In this document: piece after piece, positions 55,240 to 64,000 of the stretch
Layout: each line of letters opens with the position of its first letter
How positions within the stretch are numbered: the stretch's first letter is position 1
Assembly: GCA_964016885.1 (NCBI GenBank)
Contig: OZ024742.1
Span: 58,900,001 to 58,964,000, forward strand
Direction of reading: 5' to 3'
Length of the DNA stretch: 64,000 bases
DNA from: Eledone cirrhosa
Lineage: Eukaryota
Translations under genes and position numbers: made by a program
Notes under the pieces: model-generated
The model's database searches: none
What the model was told of the DNA's origin: nothing
The model's input: the letters and a program-made list of their open reading frames with translations, nothing else

Positions 55240-57178
55240 ATGATTATTAGAAACATTGAAAAAATGGAACCTAACCCTAATGAAAAAAATGTGGAAAAAA
55301 TTAACTCGGAGAAATTGCCAAAATTAATGGATGACGTTTCGACTTTTCACGGCGCCACGCCCACCAGCAAAAGTGAAAGAGAAGTAGTAGCTGTGACTAC
55401 AAGTCTCTCGGATAATGAAAATATAAGTGAAGATTTTGAAAAAATGGAGTCTAACCCCAAAGAAAAAAAAATGTGAACGAATACACCAACATAAATAACA
55501 CAAACACAACAAAAACAACTTTCGCACAGACAACAAAAAAATCTATCATATATACACCTATAGACTTAACTGCCGCCAGAGAGAAACTGGCAGAAGCAAA
55601 AAAGCACATAGTCTTGGGGGAGAACGGAATGTTTTCCATTAATTCCCCCCAGAATTCAAGAAAACGAGACTAGAAAACACTGTTCTGTTTAGAACAGTCC
55701 TAAACCACACGAGAAAGCCAGCACAGCCCAGCCAAATGGAGATAGAGTTGGTCCTAAAAGACCATATGAAGAATATTCTCTTCATACGAAAGGACCGACT
55801 CTATGGCAGCATTTCTGTTTTAACAAAAGACAAGGAAACAGCACAGAGGCTTTCCATAAGCCCACTCTCATCAACAGCATACAGTTCCTATCCCTCCTAC
55901 ATGGGTAGAAGAACTCAGAGAGTCAAAATACAGACAATGCTGCCCACAATGGACTTCTGGTGGGCTCTTCCTGGCTTCATAGACATGGGCGAGGACACAG
56001 TGCTGTCAATGGGGAAGGCATCTGGAGATGCGTTCCTGGGAATGGGCCTTGACCTACTAGTCCAAATGAGGCCCGAAAGAATAGCGCAAATCCCGGATCG
56101 CATCTGGCTGGATGACCTCACCCCAATATATATAATTGTAGAGGGGAGAAAACCAGCATGCTATTCATGCACGGAAAGGGGACACGTTAAGGCTAACTGC
56201 CCGAATCGTATCCCCCAAAAAGGACTATTGCCCACACCCACCACAAACAGTACACCAACACCACCCACCTCCAAAAATACACTAATACCACACACAGCAA
56301 ACAAAATACAGACACCACCAACCACAAGCACAAGACAAACATCACCTCCACCAGCACCAAACACAAGCACGACACAAAAATCACCACCACCATCACCAAC
56401 CACAACACAAACATCACCACCACCATCACCAACCACAAGCACGACACAAACATCACCACCACCACCACCACAAAACACATTCCAAACAAATAATAAAAAA
56501 AACAGCAACAAATCTACCCCTCCCGCAAAAAAACAACAACCAGACACCACGTCCCTCCCACCTAGCGCTGAAGAGTTTCCCCCAACTTCTGAAGAAGAAG
56601 GAGGAGAAGCCTTCAGACAAGTTAAAAGAAAAAAACGAAAGCACACACCCAGCACACCACAACAACAAATAACCCACACACAAACACCAACTCCAATCAA
56701 AAACACCCCACCCTCGACAAACAAAAATAAATCTGCGCCTCCCCCCTTCGAAACATTGACAGCATCACAAAAAAAGACTTTGCAATACACATATATAAAT
56801 AAAGAAAACAAAAAACTGTTTAAATTAATAAACAATAGCCCTTTGGTGCAGACCGAAGGGCCAAAATTTATCTCAACAGAGAACTTCACCCATTTAAAAA
56901 TGATAAAGGTCCCTCTGGACCTTTATCGTTCCTTAAAAGAACAATTTAAACAGGACGTGAGCCCCCCCTGTTTAAAAACGTTAAATCGCGTCCTCTTGAA
57001 AGATTTCCCCATAACCTCCCTTCTCCCTGACACAACTCCAAATACCCCAACCCCACCACACTCGGATACCCCCACACCACCACAAAACATCCCTCCACCC
57101 AACACACCCGACCCCATGGAAATTACACAACCCGGAGAGGTAGGTGCTTTTCTTTCTTCTCTTTCAACACCAAAATAG
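55240..57178 (+). pseudogene. Tx1 C ORF1 (5' part disrupted; 55736-57178 open)
   Basis: IVEGRKPACYSCTERGHVKANC; Pro/Thr-rich region; basic KRKKRK patch. Confidence 0.8.
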
Positions 57179-57183
57179 ATCAA

Positions 57184-60100
57184 TTGAGAGTTGGCTGTTT
57201 GAATGCGCGTGGCCTGGGCTCAGCTTGGAAGCAAGCAAAGCTTCTAAGTGACCTCAGGTCACGAAGTATAGATGTGATAGTTGTTTGCGAGAATCGGATC
57301 AGCTGCGTGCGACAGCTGGCTCCCGCCTTCGATGACTTTGAGATGCACGCATCTCTCTGTCAACCCGGAGGCGGGGGTGGGGTTGCCGTACTGCTGGATA
57401 AACGTCTGGCTCTCGACGTACAGATTGTTCACTCGGACCCGGGGGGTCGATTACTGGTGCTGGACGTCGGAGGCGGTGAAGGCGGGGCTTTCAGACTGGT
57501 CGGTCTTTATGCCCCCTTCGGGGCTGAAAGAGCCGACTTCTTCCAGCGTCTGGAAACTTTTATAGGAACGTCGCGTTCCCTGCTTTTAGTAGGGGACTGG
57601 AATGGAATCCTAGATGCGCGTTGGGACTATGCAGGGGCATGTCCCGATAGAGGGGGGTGTAGCAGCCTCAAGGGGTTACTCGATCTATTCGACCTGGTCG
57701 ATAGATTTCGACTAGATTTTCCAACTGTGCCAACCTGGACCTGGGCAAACCACAGTGGTCAATCTAGATCGTACCTAGATAGGTTTTTGGTTAGGAGTAA
57801 GGATAGGGACGTATTTAGTTGTCCAGAATTGCTCATGGTTGGCTATTCAGATCACAAATTAGTGACCTGCGTGGTCAACCTTGATAGAACGCATAGACAG
57901 GGTCCCGGTTACTGGAAGATGAACTTGTCCTTGCCGGCAAAGGAAGCTTACAGGAACCGGATTAGTAGCTTAGTTAAGATGCGGTTGACGGGAGCGATCG
58001 TCAACAGCAGGTGGTGGGTATCTCTAAAGAGAGAGATTAGAGTAAGTTCGATAGGTTACAGTAAGGAACTAGCGGCGAATAGAAATAGGAGGGAAAGGGA
58101 GTTGACAGATAAACTAGAAGAGGCGATTAGGAGCGGAGACGTGGCCAGAGTGTTAGCGGCGAGAACGGCGTTGAGCCAGTTCTTTGACGGGAAGCACGAA
58201 GGCTGCGTTGTCCGAAGTAAAATACGTGCTTTAGGAAACGAGGGGACCAAAGCTGTTAGCTGGGCCCGCGTGACAGAAGCCAAGAGTGGGATTAAATCCA
58301 CCATTCGGTCTTTGCGAGACCAGGATGGACGGGTGATCCTTGAACCTGAGCGGATGTGCGAGGCCTTTCAAAGGCACTTTGCTTGACTGTTCGGAGGGGG
58401 AGGGGGCCCGGATGGGGATGTGGACTTCGGTCTATACCTCGACGGTCTACCGCGTCTTTCGAGCGGCGAAGCGGAGTGCTGCGAAAGGCCAATCACAGCC
58501 ACTGAAATCGGGGAAGCGCTCAGCCAATGCAGCAGACGCAAATCTCTGGGTCTCGATGGTCTACCATACGAACTTTATTTAGCTATGCCGGTCTTGTTCT
58601 CCGAACTCCTCGAGGCTGTCTATTGCAACTGGCAACAGAACGGGAGAATTCCCTGTTCTGTGACCAAGGGCGTAGTCACGCTAGTGAGGAAGGACGAGAG
58701 CAAGGGGGACGACTTAAGTAACTTTAGGCCCGTAACTCTGCTGAATGCAGAGTTACAGATTTTGGCCAAGGTGTTAGCGAAGAGGTTGGCGCTTGTGGTG
58801 GGTGGCTTGGTGGGAGACGCGCAGACATGCGCTATCCCGTCCAGGTCCATTCATACAACCTCCACCTCATGCGATACATCGTAGAGAGGGTTGGGAACGA
58901 ACCCGGCTTTGGTGGGGCCCTGATCAACTTGGATCAATCTAAGGCGTTCGATAGGGTCGACTATGGGTACCTGGATGCGGTGCTAGCGGCGGCGGGCTTC
59001 GGACCCGTTTTCAGGGGCTGGATTTCTGCCATGCACAGTGGCAACGTCTGCTCTAGGGTTAAAGTAAACGGCTACCTCTCGGAGCCGTTTCAAATCACCC
59101 GGTCCATCAGGCAGGGGTGCCCCCTCTCCTCCCTTCTGTACGTATTGGCTCTCGAGCCACTGCTGCGGAAGTTGGAGTTGCTGCGGGGCATACCCCTGGA
59201 ACCGGGATTGCACAAAGCGGTCTCGGCCTATGCCAACGACGTAACAGTAATGGTGGCGGACGCCTCGGAAATCGGGGCGATCGCCACCCTACTGGAGGAA
59301 TACGAAAGGCTGACGGGGCTAGGCTGAACCGGGACAAGTCAGTCGGTTTGCAACTCGGAACGTGGAGGGGCAAACCGATGCCGTTAGACGGTGTCCTCGG
59401 GCGGTGGACGGAGGGCCCGGTGAAGCTGCTCGGGGTCTGGTTCGGACCGGACCTCCAGGTGGAGAAGAATTGGGGCGAGGTCACGAGCAGGGTGTTTGCG
59501 CTGACCCAGAAGTGGGCCAAGTGCAAACTATCACTGAAAGGTCGGGCGGAGGTGGCGAACGCTTACATAGCGTCCGTCATCAATACCGCCTGACCGTCGT
59601 GCCTTGCCCTAAGGAAACGCTCACCATCATGGAGCGCATGCTCTTCCAGTTCCTCTGGAAGAAGCGGGCTACTTCGGTGAGGAGATCCATCTGCTGTCAG
59701 CACCCTTCAAAAGGAGGGCTGGGTATGCCGTGACTGTTGATGCGTAGGCACGCATTGAGGCTACGGCATCTACAGGTATTCCTCACCGGTCAGCCGGCGT
59801 GGGCCCCGTTTGTGAGGCGAGCCTTCCCACAGCTCGTCTCGCTCACCGAGCTGCAACCTAGGTGAAGCAAAGACCGAGAAAACTGGGCAACTGGCACACC
59901 GAGTGTGCCCAGGCGCTCACGGCTCTCTGGCAAGCGGACCCGACTATCAGTGGAGAATCCACCTCGACATTCTATAGAGGGCTGGTGGCTAGCAGGGGCA
60001 ACGACACCCTTGGAGAGTCGCTAGGCATGGAGAAGGACGAACTGGCCAGCCTGTTCGGTAGAACTTTCGGCCCGGGACCCATGGACAACTTCCAGAGGTC

Positions 60101-60608
60101 CATAGTCTGGCATTGCTACCGGGGGGCTTTGCCCGTTCGAGAAAAGCTCTACAGACACGGGCGCCCGGGCAGGGATCCCGCGAAAAAGATCTGTCCCAGA
60201 TGCGTGCGCGACGAGGAAACCGTTGCGCACGCACTAGTACACTGCCCGGGCGTTGCCGATCTGTGGGGCTACGTCGAACGACTGCTGTCGCGTCTGGCGC
60301 CGATTCGATTGGCCGCCGAGTCTGTGGTGAACATCAAGCCGCCTCCTCCCTTCAGAAATGAAGCAGAGGCGGTCTTTCTATGCGTAATAGCCATGATGAA
60401 AGAGGTTGTGTGGTGGACGCGCCTGAAAGGTCTGAGGTCGGGTGACTTTCTCTCCGGCCAACACCTGGTTTACTTCTTCCGATACCACTTCGGAAGAAGG
60501 ATCAGGATGGAGAGAGAAGTGCTTGGCCCCAGACAGTTTTATGAAAGGTGGGTGAAAGAAGCGGGAATGGCTCGTGTAAATGGGCCTTCTCTCAACATTG
60601 TTCTGTAG
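57184..60608 (+). pseudogene. Tx1 C ORF2 (APE-RT-zinc finger) with stops and frameshifts
   Basis: LNARGL, LYAP, GDWN, YLDR, YSDH; stop at 58384; frameshifts near 58855, 59320 and 59585; YAND in place of YADD. Confidence 0.9.
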
Positions 60609-60836
60609 GTGAAGAAGTGAAGAGGAAAGGGGGAGCGCCTCCTCTCTGGGCTTCCTCCGCGAAAAGGGTTGCACACTTTTCGGGGGTATGTGCAATCCCC
60701 AACACGCCCCTTCCCTTTTGAGGACTTTTATTATTATATTATTATTGTTATTCCTTTTTTCTTTACTCGATTTATGTAAACTCCCCCACTGTGTATTTGT
60801 CTCCTTCTTTTGTGCCCTCGTGGCAAATAAATAGAA

Positions 60837-60855
60837 ATCTATCTATCTATCTATC

Positions 60856-60935
<80 letters not shown>
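60837..60935. repeat. (TATC)n tail/target between Tx1 C and D
   Basis: Direct reading. Confidence 0.95.
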
Positions 60936-61820
60936 ACTTCGTCATTCTATAGAGGGTTGATCCGCAGCAAGTGCGACGATGAGTTCGGTGAAACTCTAGG
61001 CGTAGAGGAAGACGAACTGGCCAGTTTGTTCGGTAGGACCTTCCGCCCGGGACCGATGGACAACTTCCAAAAGTCCCTGGCCTGGCAGTGCTACCGAGGA
61101 GCTCTACCAGTTCGAGACAAGCTCTACAGACATGGGCGCCCGGGAAGGGGTCCTTCGAAAAAGATCTGTCCGAGGTGCGTGCGAGACGAAGAAACCGTCG
61201 CGCACGCATTCATACACTGCCCGGACGTTACCGACCTGTGGGGCTATGTAGAACAATTATTGTCGCAGGTGGACCAATCCGCTTGACCACCGAGTCCATT
61301 GTCATGATCAAACCGCCACCCTCCTTCAAAAACGAAGGAGAGGCGGTTTTCCTTTGTGTGATAGCTATGGCGAAAGAGGTTGTATGGTGGACAAGGTTGA
61401 AAGGGCTGAGGTCAGACACCTTTCTCTCCGGCCAACAACTGATTCTTTTTTTCAAATACCAGTTTAGAAGAAAAATCAGGATGGAGAGAGAGGTGCTGTA
61501 CCCCAGCAAGTTTTATGAAAGGTGGGTGAAAGTGGCGAGAATGGCCCGAGTGAATAGGCTTTCTCTCTATATCAGCCTGTAGGTTGAGAAAAAAGAGGAG
61601 GAGAGGAAAGGGGTACAAACTCTTCGTACTCCTGGAGATGAGGGTTGCACATATTTTCGGGGGTATGTGTTACCCATATGTAATGTCTCCCCCTATTGAG
61701 GAAAATCGATTAACTTTTAAATTGTATTCGTGATAGTATTTTACACGTTTTTATTGTATGTAAACTTCGCCCTTTGTATTTGTCCCCTTCTTTTGTGCCC
61801 CTGTGGCTAATAAAGAAACA

Positions 61821-61867
<47 letters not shown>
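60936..61867 (+). mobile_element. Tx1-like LINE D, heavily 5'-truncated, with (TATC)n tail
   Basis: FYRGL..GPMDNFQKSLAWQCYRGALPVRDKL..CPRC; AATAAA at 61809; (TATC)n 61821-61867. Confidence 0.92.
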
Positions 61868-62632
61868 GTAAGTTAATGTCAATTTTCCCCTAAACATCTC
61901 TTCATCTCCCCCCCCCCCCCTCTCTCTCTCTCTCACACACACACAAACACATATACACACATCCCAACTTTCTCTCTTCTCGCACTCTTACACATTTCCC
62001 ACTCGTTCACTTTCCTCACCCACTCATCTCTTACTGTTTCACTTTCCCCTTCACTCTTGTCTTTCTCCTTTCCTCTCGTCTGTTTCTCCGTCACCCTCAC
62101 TTTTCCCTCTCTATCTCCCACATTTCACTAATTCTCTACATCTTTATCACATTCTTCCCTCTTAATTCCTTCATTTTTTTCTTTTGGTCCTTTAACCCGC
62201 TCCTCCTCCGCATTTATTCATTCTTAGAATAAATTCCTTTCTTAGAGAGAGCAAACATTATCCGTATCCTTTAGGGAAATATAAAAAAAACAATTCCAAA
62301 ACCGCAAAAACAAGTAGTGAAATAAAGAAAATGAAAGAAAAAACATCAGCAAAGAAACTCTACAAAACAACAACAAAATATCAAAACAAAGCAAAAACAA
62401 CAAAATTTCTCCGAAAAACAAAATGAAGATACATTAAACCTGACAAAGCTGTATGTAAAAATGTCTGAATAATCCCCAAATGGATCCAGAACTAAGTGTA
62501 CCAGAATTTCATTAGAAATTGCCTGACAGATGACAGCTTTGTTTCTTTGGTACGAAACACTAGTCATTAGCATCTAATAATTTTGGCTGTGTTATGTCTT
62601 TCTTTGTGTATGGTAGATATTATTTATGTAAA

Positions 62633-62800
62633 TTGGCAGTATTGGTAGAGGGACAGACACCATGCTTACGGTCCCTTTTGGTTTGAGTTCAAATCCCGCC
62701 GAGGTTAACTTTACCTTTCATCCTTTCAGGGTCGATAAAATAAAGCACCAATAACGCACTGGGATAATTGCTGGCTTTGTGCCAAAAGTAGAAACAATTA
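62633..62800 (+). mobile_element. Meta-domain-like SINE
   Basis: TTGGCAGTATTGGTAGAG..GAGTTCAAATCCCGCCGAGGTTAAC..GTGCCAAAAGTAGAAACAATT. Confidence 0.85.
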
Positions 62801-63184
62801 TTTATCTACTCGTGGCTCGGTGTCCTCAATGATAACAGTAATAGTATTGAATATATTTAATTTTTGGGGTCTAGCGTTGGTATGACATATATACCAGGAT
62901 TACTAGATATATGATTAGTCGTACAAACAGAGAAATTTGCGTTTTGATAAATTAATGGTTTTTCTAAGAGAAACGTCATAGCTCAGGCAGATTACTGATA
63001 TAGGTAAATGAGTAAAGATTAAAATAAAACAATATTTTAATTATATATTTCTAGTTTGGCATATATATAAAAGTGACATATAGGATTAAATGTATGAGTA
63101 ACACTGGAGAAGTAACTATTTACATTGATTGTATTGTGTGTGTATGTGTGTAAGTTTTAAAGAGTAATACACACACGCACACAA

Positions 63185-63240
<56 letters not shown>

Positions 63241-63242
<2 letters not shown>

Positions 63243-64000
63243 CACAAGAATCAAAGCTATGTTCAAAGCATTTATTCACTTACAATTGTTTCATCCAAAC
63301 CTAGGCTTGGAGTCTTCGGAGCATTTTTCAATGTTTGTACACATAATTGACCTCCTTTCCAACGCAAGAGACATACAGATACATATGTATATATTGATGT
63401 AGAGTGGAGTGACATATATTATACTATATTATTTCTGTATTTTATTTTTATTTTTCTGCACACATACTTTTTTTATTATATTAAAAAAATACCTTACCAC
63501 TACAATCTCCATAATACTCTTAATTACCCGCTTAAAGTGCTTGTATTACATGTAACACCCTGCCACACAATAATCATATATAAATGAGACACACGTGCAT
63601 GCCCCACGTTTAACTAACGCATACACTAACTACTACATCTGACTAACAAACTATCCTCTTGCATTATCTATGTTAACTGCCGAATGTATTTTAATTTTAA
63701 TTTTGTTTTAATTTTGTTTTAATTTTAATTTTGATTTTGAATTGCTATACAGAAATAATATAGTATAATATATGTCACTCCACTCTACATCAATATATAC
63801 ATATGTATCTGTATGTCTCTTGCGTTGGAAAGGAGGTCAATTATGTGTACAAACATTGAAAAATGCTCCGAAGACTCCAAGCCTAGGTTTGGATGAAACA
63901 ATTGTAAGTGAATAAATGCTTTGAACATAGCTTTGATTCTTGTGAATTCTATATAACTGCTCTGTGGAACAATTGATGTTATTATATTGAGCTATTTATC
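63241..64000. mobile_element. Fold-back pLTR insert (200-bp arms, ~306-bp spacer) with a variant HHR in each arm; runs off the window end
   Basis: 63241-63440 is the reverse complement of 63747-63946. The extension 63947-64000 is homologous to ~46004-46058 on the minus strand. Confidence 0.8.
63864..63910 (+). ncRNA. Hammerhead-like motif with CCGAAGA core variant (mirror copy 63277-63323, minus strand)
   Basis: TGCT-CCGAAGA-C-TCCAAGCC/GGTTTGGA-T-GAAA-CAATTG-TA-AGTG. Confidence 0.6.

Larger units (their letters stand above)
54962..60836 (+). mobile_element. Tx1-like LINE C, apparently full length (~5.9 kb), inactivated
   Basis: 5' UTR; ORF1 with CYSCTERGHVKANC; ORF2 57184-60608 with APE, RT and zinc motif; AATAAA at 60826. 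Confidence 0.93.

Noticed and set aside
62346-62573. 75-aa minus-strand ORF as a host exon
   Set aside because: No recognisable homology, weak splice signals and a low-complexity end.

Overview
Eukaryotic, AT-rich, microsatellite-dense DNA with no supportable host gene. The repeat content (tRNA-derived Meta- and CORE-type SINEs, long (TA)n/(CA)n tracts) suggests a cephalopod such as Octopus; this is an inference. Main contents: (1) a ~4.7 kb 34-bp satellite; (2) two inverted ~600-bp solo-LTR-like repeats; (3) four Tx1-like LINEs, three of them head-to-tail in (TATC)n microsatellite; (4) a 5'-truncated Naiad-like Penelope element with inverted pLTRs; (5) a CR1-group LINE; (6) many SINEs. The most interesting signal is absent from the ORF track: about ten short non-coding fold-back inserts from several unrelated families sit in (TA)n tracts, many carrying type I hammerhead ribozyme (HHR) motifs. 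I found 7 HHR motifs with a consensus core and several variant or decayed ones. A second strong signal is an apparently (GATA)n-targeting Tx1 lineage that builds tandem arrays in its own tails. Structures were read by eye, and boundaries are approximate unless stated.
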